The position numbers and the translations under genes are program-made. The notes under the pieces are model-generated. The model did no database searches. It was not told the DNA's origin and saw only the letters and a list, made by a program, of their open reading frames with translations. Of a stretch of 64,000 nucleotides of DNA, positions 40,006 through 52,180 are shown piece after piece. Location of the stretch: contig NC_043008.1 of NCBI RefSeq assembly GCF_006345805.1, positions 46,686,001-46,750,000 on the forward strand. The letters run 5' to 3'. Positions within the stretch are counted from its first letter, which is position 1, and each line of letters begins with the position of its first letter. Source of the DNA: Octopus sinensis (lineage: Eukaryota).

Positions 40006-41840
40006 TTAAATCTAGGGAAATATTGAGAATGACATTATCTGGGTGAATGATTTGCAAAATAACGATAATGCGAAAAAGTCTGGAGTATTAATTAAACTGG
40101 TAATAACAGTGTTCAGTATCACTAATACCTCCACAGTGAAATATATTTTGTGCAGACTCTTCTGATGCTGATTAAGATCATACGCAATATTGCACGTGCA
40201 AAATTGCACAAGAAAACACCTTACATCCTTGTTTGTTGTAGATTTTATAGACCCCTAATAAATTCTTATCAACTATCTGCATATACTAAGATAGAGTATT
40301 TTGCTTAGGACAACAGCGGTAATGTTAAATGTCAGTTTTACATAAAAGAACAGCATTTCAGGTGTAGAAAAAATAATTCGTTAAATTACTTGGATTCCAA
40401 ATGTCTTAAGTTCAGGAAATGTTCGATCTTATTTGGAATTTACTATACAAAGTTCTCTTCAATCCAGTTAAACCATTTCTTTATATTTTATCTTTCATTA
40501 GTTATTATATATTGGTTCTAAATCAGTTGCAAATTCAAGAAATCGGTGAGTTATACGATCTAATTCTGTTTCCAGAATCATTCAGCAGCGAATAAGGAAG
40601 AAATCATGAGTTTTATAATAAGAACATCGAGTAACATTGACGCGCTTCATGCCGAAAACTATGATACGTAGTCCTAAAAGAAGGGCAGGATGTATTCAAT
40701 TCGATTGATAGCTGACTGTCATTTCAAGCAGATCGAACAACCACCATCGGGTTAGTTATCAAGAGGTGAAGGAGGGTAGACGGGAGGTTAAGACGACAAT
40801 TACCACGACGACAAAGAAAACGATGACGGCGATGATGATGATGCTCTTGATGACTGTACAGTATTGTCTATTGACGTATTGTGTAACAGCTGAGATGAAA
40901 ATTAGCAATTCTTCAGTTACATTTCAAGCCATTGTTTTGCACCAACTTTTCATAGCTAAATGAAGTCTATAGAAATATTTTCGGTAAATCATATTGTAAA
41001 AAAATCGAACATCGCTAATAGCAAAAACGTTTTTAGGAAGAGTTTTGTCTAATTCCAAGTTTCCACGAATTACCTATTTGCTGTATTACAAGACTTTTCT
41101 TAAATATGAAACACATATTCATCACAAAGAGTAATCAATGGACTATCCATTAAATCGGATAAATTTATATAATCCATCGATTTTAGACACCAACTTAGGT
41201 AATGAGTGAAATACAAACATATGGCAGTTCATCGTCGGTTATTCCTATTTATTTAGAGGTCGTTGTTAAATAATTAGTTTGTGTCACACAACCTCTTACT
41301 GATCATTCATAGCATGGAATTTCTAAACATCTAATAGAAAAATTATGTTTGTGTACTTGCTTACAACACAGTGACTTATTATTTAGAAGTAAATTATGAT
41401 GTACAATACTTACAAAGTGGATTTACATATACCAGAACCTAGGGAGAGGTGTATGCAATTGTAAGCCCTTTACATTCATTTACGTACAGCAAAATACCTT
41501 GAGATGATTGTCTTCAAAGTAAGTGTCGAATGTGGTTCTCACTATTCGATGCTGGACGTGGACTGATTGCAATATTTCATACATCGTATATATTCCTGCG
41601 CAATTATTTTCAGTCACAAGTTCCCTCAAACTTAGAGGTCTGCGGTATATATATATATATACTGTTACTGTTACTGTTACTGTTACTGCATGACAGTCCT
41701 AATCGAAAAAGCAAGTAAAACAAACAGGTCTGTACAGTTCAGTTAAATATTGAATAATATGATAAAGTTTACAATAATGGCAGTACAGAATTGATACAAA
41801 ATGATTGTATCAATATCAAATAATGGACAAAGCAAAATAG

Positions 41841-42128
41841 TCTCCAGAGTTATGAGTCCAAGAAGTATTGATGGAAGATGGAGGTTCTTGGTACCGGAGA
41901 TTTAAATGTTGAAGATGACCGTTGACGAATGGTGACAGAAAATAATCCAAACTCGTGCCAAACACGTCTCTCACCTTTTAGCCACTGTCTTTTATACACT
42001 AAGGCACTTCCTGAATAATCTAGCACGGGTACGCTACGTCTTTGTCTCTCCCACCAAATGCAAAAATCTTCTCGCCTAAAGTAATAATTCCTCCGAGACG
42101 AGGGATGCAAAGAGGATATAACTCTAAG
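41841..42128. mobile_element. Putative solo LTR or short-TIR element
   Basis: A ~290-bp segment richer in GC than its flanks, bounded by inverted agagttat/ataactct, with a TATA-like gtataaaa on the minus strand. No TG..CA termini or TSD verified. Confidence 0.35.
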
Positions 42129-42194
42129 GAAACTCTTAATTTTTTTATTTCAGAATAATTATTGACAATATATGTAGTGTCTTCAACATATATA

Positions 42195-42250
<56 letters not shown>

Positions 42251-43211
42251 GGTGAATCAAAAATAGGATGGAAATATTTAAAAAGAAACGTATAGCGGTT
42301 ACTAGGCCACAGTATTAAAGAAGTCTGTATACTCATGCCATTAAGTATTGTATTAGTAGTTTTATCTTGTGAGGATGTAAAACGTGAGTTCGTTCGCAAG
42401 ATGTAGGATTTGATAAATTGGGCAACATCCGATCTCCGAATTGGATCGAGCACATGGTAAGACAGGCAGAGATTCGGCGTCAGCTAGTCGACATTTTCTA
42501 CGATGCAGCACTTTAGCGACAACAGTTTCACGAATGAATATGCATGACCGACCTGAGTTCTAAGAGGTTGGTTACTACTACTAAAGCAGGAATTACGTAA
42601 ATTCCATAGGCCTACTTTGATTCCCACTTTCTAAGTGGGAAATATGTGTATGTGTTTATGTGTGTATCTTGGTATGGTGTGCGTGTATGTGTGCATGTGT
42701 GTGTTTGTCTACGCCCGCGCGCGTGTGTGTGTGTTTGTGAGCAAAATATATGTGTCAATATTCATAATATCATCAACATAGACTTTCAGGAGGTACATTT
42801 TCACGGTGTGAATATATCTATATTTTTTATATCGACATCTTAGTGTATGAGTGTGTCTGTATGCGTGTGTACGAGCGTGAGTGTATGTGTGAATGTGTGT
42901 GTGCACATATATATCACATATACGTATATGCGTGTGTGCGTTGAAATACATACTTCGTGCTATGTCTCTATTGATATTAATAGGGTTTTAATACTTATTC
43001 TATGATTAATCTTTATAAAATTCACTCTGTCACAATAATGGTAATTCGAAAAACATCATTCCCAATTACAATGTTTTGGAAAATATGAATTATACATGAC
43101 GTATAAATACAATATTACATATAATGATCGCCACAACGTATTTGTCTGGCGATGTATGTGTTGCCTTTACACTTGCGTTTGGACAGACATGTCTGTCTCA
43201 TTCGTTTCTAT

Positions 43212-43259
<48 letters not shown>

Positions 43260-43355
43260 TACACACGCTCACTTCCACATATAGAAACATTATCAATATT
43301 CTATAACTTCCTGCTCTCTTCCTGAAGAGAAGGCTATTTTACACTGAGACAAACG

Positions 43356-43401
<46 letters not shown>

Positions 43402-43589
43402 CACACACACAAGCGCGCACAGATATATAAGCCTGTTATAGATAATGCCTTTTTGTCGATGGATAAGAACTCGCCATTCAACGAATCTGCATAACTTTTC
43501 ACTTCAGTCTAAATTCCAGTGAATAGAGAAAACAAAACTATAACTCAAAATTATACGCGTGCGTATATGTATATATATTGTTTTTTTTT

Positions 43590-43948
43590 ATCCTTTATTT
43601 GTTTCATTCAATTGACTGCAGCCATGCTGGGGTAACGCCTTTAGTCGAACAAATCGACCCCAGGACTTATTTTTGTAAGCCTAGTACTTATAATATTGGT
43701 TCCTTTTGCCGAACTCGCTAGGTTACGGGGACGTAAACACACCAGCATCGGTTGTCAAGCGATGTTGGTGGGAGAAACATACACACATATATAAGACAGG
43801 CTTCTCTCGGTTTCCATCTACAAAATCCACTCACAAGGCTTCGGTTGGCTCGAGACTACAATAGAAGACACTTGCCCAAGGTGCCACGCTGTGGGACTGA
43901 ACCCTGTGGTTGGGAAGCACGCTTCTTACCACACAGCTACTGCTGCGC
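43590..43948 (-). mobile_element. tRNA-derived SINE, family 2 (best-preserved copy)
   Basis: Minus strand: tagctgtgtggtaag (A-box-like), gggttcagtccc (B-box-like), accttgggcaagtgtcttc, central ataagtactagg...ctggggtcgattt, and tail ggcgttaccccagcatggctgcagtc...gaaac...A-rich. Confidence 0.85.
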
Positions 43949-44864
43949 TGATAATTCAATTGATCTCGCTGATAATTCAATTGATCTCAGCACCTATTAT
44001 GTATTTATCTATATACACTCTTCGTTAAATGACTGACAAATGCATACGATATATCTATATTTAAAACTTATTGCATTTTGCCGCTGTAAAATTCCCCTCA
44101 CATCACAAGTCAGTACTTTCAAAAACGCAGTAACATTTGGAAGATGTATTTTAAGGTACATTGTGCCGGAAAGTCAAATGGCATGTTAATGGCTCCAATG
44201 CATTTGGTAGCAGGTATTTACTGAAGTGTTTACTTATAATGATTTCAACATTCATATATAACCTTTGACATTTTGTACTCAATTTTAAATTTTGCTGGAC
44301 CAGCATTATTATATTGTACCTCTATTCTGCGTTTTTAGTCAGATCAGGGTTCGCCTTGCAGACTCAGGACACCTGCTGCTGGTGCTATGTAAACAAGTAC
44401 TACCTGTTCTATGGTCCCGTGGTCAGCGACGAAACCTGCTCCGCCACATCTGGAGCTTGAAACACTTGTGACACCCAGCAGAACCAAAAACAACTTGTAC
44501 TGAAGTCCTTCTGAGCTCCACTTGGGTCAACGGAAATCCCGATGGGGAAGGCAAGGGAAGACTACCTCAGAACATATATATCTGCAAAGAGAACTCTATG
44601 TGAAACTCAGAATGAAATAAATTTATAGATCCATCGAATAGGAGAACTTGCGCTTAATTGGGAAGAGTTTGGTTGCGGTGGCATCAACGTGTTGCAAAGT
44701 GTACAATTCATGACGACCACCACCACGAATCTGCAAATTCGGCAATTAATCCACACCAGTTGCCACTCTCAGCTGTGCACTAAGAGTTAACTTAATTACA
44801 AAATGCGCTAAATTGTTTTCAATATAACCAACAATTAAAACAAGAACATATACACACACACGTA

Positions 44865-44898
44865 TATATCAATATATATATACATATATGCATGTATT

Positions 44899-44938
<40 letters not shown>

Positions 44939-45070
44939 TATACATATATATATACATATACATATATATATGCATGTATATATGCGTGCGTGTGTGTATA
45001 TGTGTGTATGTTTGTATTTACGTATGTATTTATGTGTGAAAGCGTGTATATATATATATATATATATATC

Positions 45071-45102
<32 letters not shown>

Positions 45103-45214
45103 ATATATATATACACATATATATACATATACATATATATATGCATGTATATATGCGTGCGTGTGTGTATATGTGTGTATGTTTGTATTTACGTATGTAT
45201 TTATGTGTGAAAGC

Positions 45215-45294
<80 letters not shown>

Positions 45295-45300
45295 ATGCAT
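44865..45300. repeat. Compound TA/TG microsatellite with a ~171-bp higher-order duplication
   Basis: The block tgcatgtatatatgcgtgcgtgtgtgtatatgtgtgtatgtttgtatttacgtatgtatttatgtgtgaaagcgtg starts at 44971 and again at 45142. Confidence 0.9.
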
Positions 45301-46400
45301 GTGTGTACAAAAATTACAATTTTATCTTTTATTGAGGGTTTTGCATTAAAAATGCTTCACTTAATGAAATGTCAATGTGAGTTGTCGAATACTGAGTGGG
45401 TCTAGTACAATACCCTAAAAGTAAAAATTCTTTAAAAAATAATTACTTTGCGATGATTAATTTACTAAAAATAAATTTTGAAATAAATAAACTTAAAGCA
45501 TAGCTTAAAAAACTATTTCAAGAACACAAACGCCATGAGAACGATTGCAAACATTTCGCATTTTATACAAAAGTCATTTTCAGCTGACAGCTGCAGATCG
45601 TCGCTTCTAGAAGTGTCCTTCGAGTGGAAGAGAGTAAATGAGTAAACGAATAAAAACACAGGAATGTGTAATACTTTTGTTGTTTTTTTTTATATTACTT
45701 CTTAATCAAAATACGACTAAATTAAATTTTCCCCGCTTGGATTTAATACAAGAAAGATTAGGTAATTCCGAGACACGGAACCTGTATCTACCTGAATAAA
45801 TTCAGTGGGGGATATTTTAATGTTTACCTTTGGTCATTCCTCCAATATTGGTTTGCAAGCATTTCGCCTTCTTCATATTTCATTACGGTAGATTACATAA
45901 AAGTTACATGTTGAGTTATGTGACATAATCCATAAATAAAGCTAAACAAGTTTGCATTTACACAAATGCACAAATAAACATTTATACACAATTTACAGTT
46001 CTGTTATTAGTGGAAAAATAAGGAGAGATCAACACTTTCTGATAAACACAGGTTTTAAGTGTTAGCTGCTAATAGAATCCATGTTCCGATAGTGTAAAAG
46101 TAGGACAGACCTGAGAGTTATAAAAGTCGTGAATCGAAGATAAAGAAATAACAGAGTTGTACTGGATGCGGGGGTAGTCATTGCTTCTAGATTAGCAAAG
46201 ACTAACGATAGTCAACTTAAAATCTTCGTGCAGAGAAACTCAAACTATCTCTTACGTAAAATGATACCTTATTAAGAATTCTCATTAGATAAATATTTGA
46301 ACAGATTTGGGGAATAATGCAAGAACTTTGGTGTTAATTCTCGTTTATTATTCAAATAATCGGGAAATATAAAGATTTGAATAACACCTGCGTTTAACTC

Positions 46401-46430
<30 letters not shown>

Positions 46431-46436
<6 letters not shown>

Positions 46437-48010
46437 TAAAAAATGGAGTTAACGCAGGTGTAAACAAATATTTTTACTTTCGACACATGCTTCGAAAATT
46501 CCACTGATACTATTCAAAAGAATAAATGGTATAAACAATGCAATCTTCTCTCCGGAAAAGTGAAAAAAACGAAACTCGTCAATACGAGCAAAGAATGATG
46601 GATTTGTATAGCGATATACAGAACGCTATTAATATTGTTTAAAAAAACGTTATATGATATAACGTCATAAGTAGCTAACAGAAAGAGTAGGGATATTAAT
46701 AGTGAATGTTAAATATAAAGGAAATTAAAGTTTAAATTATATATAATGATAGAGACTACTTATATGCACTAAATGTATGTTTTTGCCAATGCTTACATCT
46801 GTATGCTCGCTTTATAACCGTGTTTACTAGAGTATTTTTAGAAAACATAATGAAAAATAGCTCAGAATTGCAGAGAAGACAGAATTTCTTGCCTTTGTCA
46901 TATGGTATCGAAATTGAGAGGATCAACCATTCTAAATGAAATTGTTCATTGTGGTCTTTTAAATCCCAAATCAGTTTCCTGAGACCGGTACTATTCCGTT
47001 TATTTCTGTCCCTAAATGTTGAATAATGGATAGAAATTATTTTAGATAACTTTAACGATGTGCTTCCAATGTAAAATCGTACTTTATTACGAGTAGTGAT
47101 TATACACTGGTATATAGAATTTTTAATCTTAGAGTTACTTGACATAAATTTAATTCTATTGGAATTGACTTCAGATACAGTAACCTTGTTATTAATATTT
47201 CTAGAGGGTTGGATGGTATTAGCTAAAATAATGTTAGTATTAGTAAATGTATTAATATTTAACAGTTTGTTATTATGAGAAGATATAATTTGCAAGAGAT
47301 TTTTTGTGTTTGAAAAACCTATCCTAACCTTATGTGAATTAATTATAGAATAATATCTAGAATTGTTTGGAAAATTCCTAGCAATAGCTTGACGAAACAG
47401 CAGTGGGAGATTAGATTTAATTTGTCTCACGTAAGGAATTATTAACCAAATATTTTTACTAGTATTCATAGCGTAATTACTTTTGAAGGTGTTATATTTA
47501 CTTATAGATCGATAATAGGGGATTAAATAAGGGTTATCTGCCTTCATTCGCTTTGTATCGGTGCGTAAGTTATGTTTGTTATCAATAATTCTTTTACGAC
47601 TAGAAATACTCTAGTAAACACGGTTATAGAGCGAGCATACAGATGTAAGCATTGGCAAAAACATACATTTAGTGCATATAAGTAGTCTCTATCATTATAT
47701 ATAATTTAAACTTTAATTTCCTTTATATTTAACATTCACTATTAATATCCCTACTCTTTCTGTTAGCTACTTATGACGTTATATCATATAACGTTTTTTT
47801 AAATAATATTAATAGCGTTCTGTCTATCGCTATACAAATCCATCATTCTTTGCTCGTATTGACGAGTTTCGTATTTTTCACTTTCCCGAAGTGAAGATTG
47901 CATTGTTTATACCATTTATTCTTTTGAATAGTATCAGTGGAATTTTCGAAACATGTGTCGAAAGTAAAAATATTTGTTTACACCTGCCTTAACTCCATTT
48001 TTTATTCATA
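46431..48010 (-). mobile_element. Penelope-like element: 5'-truncated copy with an inverted duplicate of its 3' end (411-bp inverted arms)
   Basis: 46431-46841 is the reverse complement of 47600-48010, with about 10 mismatches counted by eye. The arms enclose a GIY-YIG-coding frame. The left arm ends in (TA)n. Confidence 0.88.
46756..47547 (-). CDS. Penelope-like GIY-YIG endonuclease domain plus linker (C-terminal fragment of a PLE polyprotein)
   Basis: 263-aa open frame with SIYQC...YIGST...HYSTF...STGLRKLIWDLK...W.IL...Y.KGKKFCLLCNSE...LVN...CKH, the PLE-type GIY-YIG with CxxC/CxH. The frame stays open upstream of the ATG as far as the inversion junction, so it is a truncated polyprotein, not a stand-alone gene. 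Confidence 0.85.
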   Translation of the reverse strand: MKADNPYLIPYYRSISKYNTFKSNYAMNTSKNIWLIIPYVRQIKSNLPLLFRQAIARNFPNNSRYYSIINSHKVRIGFSNTKNLLQIISSHNNKLLNINTFTNTNIILANTIQPSRNINNKVTVSEVNSNRIKFMSSNSKIKNSIYQCIITTRNKVRFYIGSTSLKLSKIISIHYSTFRDRNKRNSTGLRKLIWDLKDHNEQFHLEWLILSISIPYDKGKKFCLLCNSELFFIMFSKNTLVNTVIKRAYRCKHWQKHTFSAYK

Positions 48011-48138
48011 TTATTCAAATATTCAACGTAAATAAAAAGTTTCTACCTTTATAAACAAGGAGTTACAACAACTTTACTTGTGAGATTTTTGCTGCCCTGG
48101 TAACTATTTATTTATTTTTCCGTGTTAATTGTTAACAA

Positions 48139-48154
48139 GGTAAAAATACACTCC

Positions 48155-48219
<65 letters not shown>

Positions 48220-48264
48220 CGTATATATATATACATATATGTATATATATGTATATGTATATAC

Positions 48265-48297
<33 letters not shown>

Positions 48298-48346
48298 TAT
48301 ATATACATATATATATATGTATATATATATATACATATATATATAT

Positions 48347-48387
<41 letters not shown>

Positions 48388-48406
48388 TATATACATATAT
48401 ATATAC

Positions 48407-48470
<64 letters not shown>
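48139..48470. repeat. (TA)n/(TACA) compound microsatellite
   Basis: Directly visible. Confidence 0.95.
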
Positions 48471-48471
<1 letters not shown>

Positions 48472-51149
48472 CAATATTCTATTGGAATACTTGCGTATTC
48501 AGCGTTTTCCTGAAAGAGTTCTTGGAAGAGTTCTTTTTATATAATTGCTTCGTTTGTTGCAATAGATTCTCTATAGCAACGAAATGTAAATATACTTTTC
48601 CATTTCTATTAATTGTCATTACTTGCTATGTAACATTATTTTTCGTGTGTTTCTTAATCCTTGCGTTTTGAGATTAAACGGATTTAACTGATATATTTTG
48701 TCAATTCTTGAACGAAAATATTCGGAGATACTTTTACAGACTCAACTCCATTTAATGGTCTGTGCCAAGTGTAGTTCTATACCAAACCGCCTGTCACATT
48801 GCCAAAGAAAGATGACTTGGCTTTGTTGAAGGTTGATTTGGCAAATACTATTATCAGAATATTTCAACATAGGAGATAAACAGAAAATAAAATTGCGTTT
48901 GAAATATATATATTTTTCATATAATGTAAGTAATTGTGTCAATAAATGGTCTCTATGCTTTTTATATCAACTTTCAAAGTTATACGAAAGTACTACATTC
49001 TATTTTTTCGCCATAAAACACCCAAGATATCATACATAATCAGACATAATCGGCAAAGGAGACATTGCAACAATCTGCAGTAAACCACAAAGGATAAATT
49101 AAACGAAATTGCTTCCAAAGAAACAAGGAAGCTAATTGACAGGAAATGCTTTATATTTAACCTACACATTCTCTTTCTGTTTTTTAACACAAGGAATGAT
49201 TTGTATAGCAAAAAATACATATCAGCTTCTCCAAAAGCATTTAAATCCTTAAGGAATTGTTTATTTTAAACCAAGTGTTACACAAGCGGAAACAATGTAT
49301 AATGATATATATACACATATCTACATACATATATATATAATGATATATCTATACACATATATATACACATATATATAATGATATATCTATACATATATAT
49401 ATATATATATACAAGTGTGTGTGTTTGTGATATTGAATGATATATTGAAGGTGATATAACTACGTGGAATATGAAATGGACGTCACCTCAGTTTTTTCTT
49501 TCCTAGACATCAATGATAACAATACCGATGCGTATAATATTCGTCTGGAGTAGAATTTTTAACATACATTTCTCTGAATCGTTTCACGCTGAATATTTCA
49601 TTGATATCGTTATTATGTCCATGTGCAGAGTTTACGTTAACAAACTTCGAAATGAAAATCACTTATAAAAAAAACAAACTATGTCGCAGAGAATATATTG
49701 ACGACGAATTAATGCAATTGTTACATTATTGCTCTTATATTTTTCTAGCTCAAAAATTAATTATACTGCACCAGCACTTACACGCACACACACACATAAC
49801 TACCCCTATTAGCATATCCATACACATATATCGGCAGAAGACAACTGAACAACATAACTGAAAAGCCACAATGCAGCAATGAAAATGAAAGCCTCATGTG
49901 CGTCTGTGTACATGAGTGTATATACATATATAGAGAGAAGGTAATTGTTATTAGACACAATGAAAAAGTCAGTTGAACGATACAAATGTTATCAATAACA
50001 TATTATATAGAAAAGCCTGTCTGACAGAGTTGCTTTGAACAAAGAATCGTAAAGAAAAACGGAATTGTATATTTATCAATTTACAACGTACGATGTTGAG
50101 TTATTCGGAGAACTATCAAAGAAAAATAGTTTTTAAGTTCATTTTAGAGGCAGATATCACCAGGGACGAGTGGTCCTATAACTTTTATCATTCTGATATA
50201 TAGATAAACGGTAAGATGTACATTTGATGGAGATTCATCGGATTTTATTGTTATTTTGCGTTATTTGAATTTAAAATGTTGTACGTCTTATAAAAATATC
50301 AAGGAATTGATGTTTCCGTAGCATTTGAAGATCAATACAACCGTCATCTGAGGTATATCCTTTCATATTTCTTTTCTTGAAAGCCTCAACTGTATGCAAT
50401 GTTCGATATCATAATCAATACAAATGCACATATATCTATGTATGTATATATATATATATATATATATACAGAGAGAGAAAGAGAGAGAGAGAGAGAGGGC
50501 AGACAGAGATACATTTATACATATGAATCTATACACACAAGTAGTATAAATGTATATGCTCATATATATACACAAAGAGCTGAGAGAGAGAGAGAGGGGG
50601 CGAGTGAGAGAGAGAGAAATATACAAATACAAATAACATACAAACAAAAAATAAAGAATATTTGAAAAACGAAGAAAACATTTTCTTAATCACAAAAAAA
50701 AAATGAAAACATACGAAAAAACGGTTAACATATTTCTTCATGGCCACTTGGAAGAAACTTCAAACGTGACAGCTCTCAAATGTATGCTGCTCCTGATAGA
50801 CCGGTTCCATTGTGAATATCGACTGAAATCCATGAACTAAAAGTGAAGCAAACACAGACACACTCAGCATGCCACGCATTCCAAAAATTACCTGAACAGC
50901 TTAAACTTTAACGTTTTGAAAAGAAGTGCATTGTAAATTCTTACATATAGAATTTTGAATTTGGTATAATTTTTGGTAAGTTTTTGCTTCATTGTTTTTT
51001 CTTTGCGAAAATGACAATTTCGATGGTGCTAAAACCTTTGATTATAATGATAATGTGGAAATATTATCAAATTTACAAAATGCGTAGAATCTTTTTTAAA
51101 AGTTATTCTTTATACATTTACGTACATGATGTACACACGTACACATATT

Positions 51150-52180
51150 TATAGATGTTCTAGCAATTGTATACATACATAAATAACTGCATTTATTTTT
51201 AAAGAGAAGGAATACGAATTAATAAAGGAAAGCAGACCTGGCGTTGAACAAATAAACTTGACCTGGCGGTGCCACTGAACGTTTGAATACACAAAGGTAG
51301 ACGAAATGCAATGATAGTTTAAGAGGAAGTTCCAAACAAACCAACTGACTTAGACTTACCATAAATTCAAATGAAACTTAATCTGAAGCAGAAGGAACAC
51401 TTCAGAATGTCCTCAACAAACATTTGAAAATATAGTTGGCATCGACGGGAACATGTCAAAGAAAGGCTCTTCATAAATTATTTCCTGATTTCAAGAAAAT
51501 CTGTGCAGCAACTTTGTCGTGCGGTGGAATCTTAAAAATCAAGTTTACATTCCAAGAATAGTTCTGGCTCTCAAAGCACGTAACGAGGACGTGAAACTTG
51601 AGTTTTGAGACTGATATTTGTCAAGAGGTGCAGAGGAGACACATTTTGTAAAATTGTTTTAAACGGATGAGCTTACAGTTAAATTAAATGATTCAATTAA
51701 ACATCACAATTGCAACAACAGAGGATTTTAGTACCACATATTATGGAGAAATATCAGGAATATTTATCAATTTTTAAAGTATGGTGTGTCAAACAAAAAT
51801 ATTAAGTGGACCACTCGTATTTGACTGCCGTGTGACCAGATCTATTTACTGGAATATGTACAAATCTGCTATACCATGCTCTGAAAAGGATTTTGAAGAG
51901 GTGCAAGCTATTTCTGGCAAGTTGGAACGCGTCCACAAACCATTATAATAAAAAGCCTACCTCACCGTGGTTTTGCCGAATAGGTTGATTAGATCTGGAG
52001 CTTTGATAGAATGCTCTCCGTGTTTACAGCACCTCACAACACTGTATAGTTTAGTGTAGATCTTAAATAATAAAGTTACCAGCCAAAAAAACAAGACGGC
52101 AAAAGCCATTGAACGAAAGTGCAAGCAAATAGCAACCAAAACACACAATATCTGTATTCATTTTTGGAACATCCGTTATA
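51150..52180 (+). mobile_element. Tc1/mariner relic, rosa/DD41D-like, with degenerate TIRs
   Basis: HFVKLF*TDELTVKLNDSIKHHNC, VWC, SGPLVFD..VT..IY.NM and LPNRLIRSGALIECSPCLQHLTTL parallel FSDEAxFxLNGxVNxHNC, VWCG, GPxxF and FPxRWIGR..WPPRSPDLTPLD. The ends gatgttctagcaattgtataca and tgtattcatttttggaacatcc are imperfect inverted repeats. The subfamily assignment is an inference. Confidence 0.7.

Noticed and set aside
47921-47966. Possible hammerhead in the inverted PLE arms (cttttga...cgaaacatgtgtcgaaag)
   Set aside because: GAAA, a palindromic acatgt and a potential stem are present, but no CUGANGA-like core lies in the required position on either strand.
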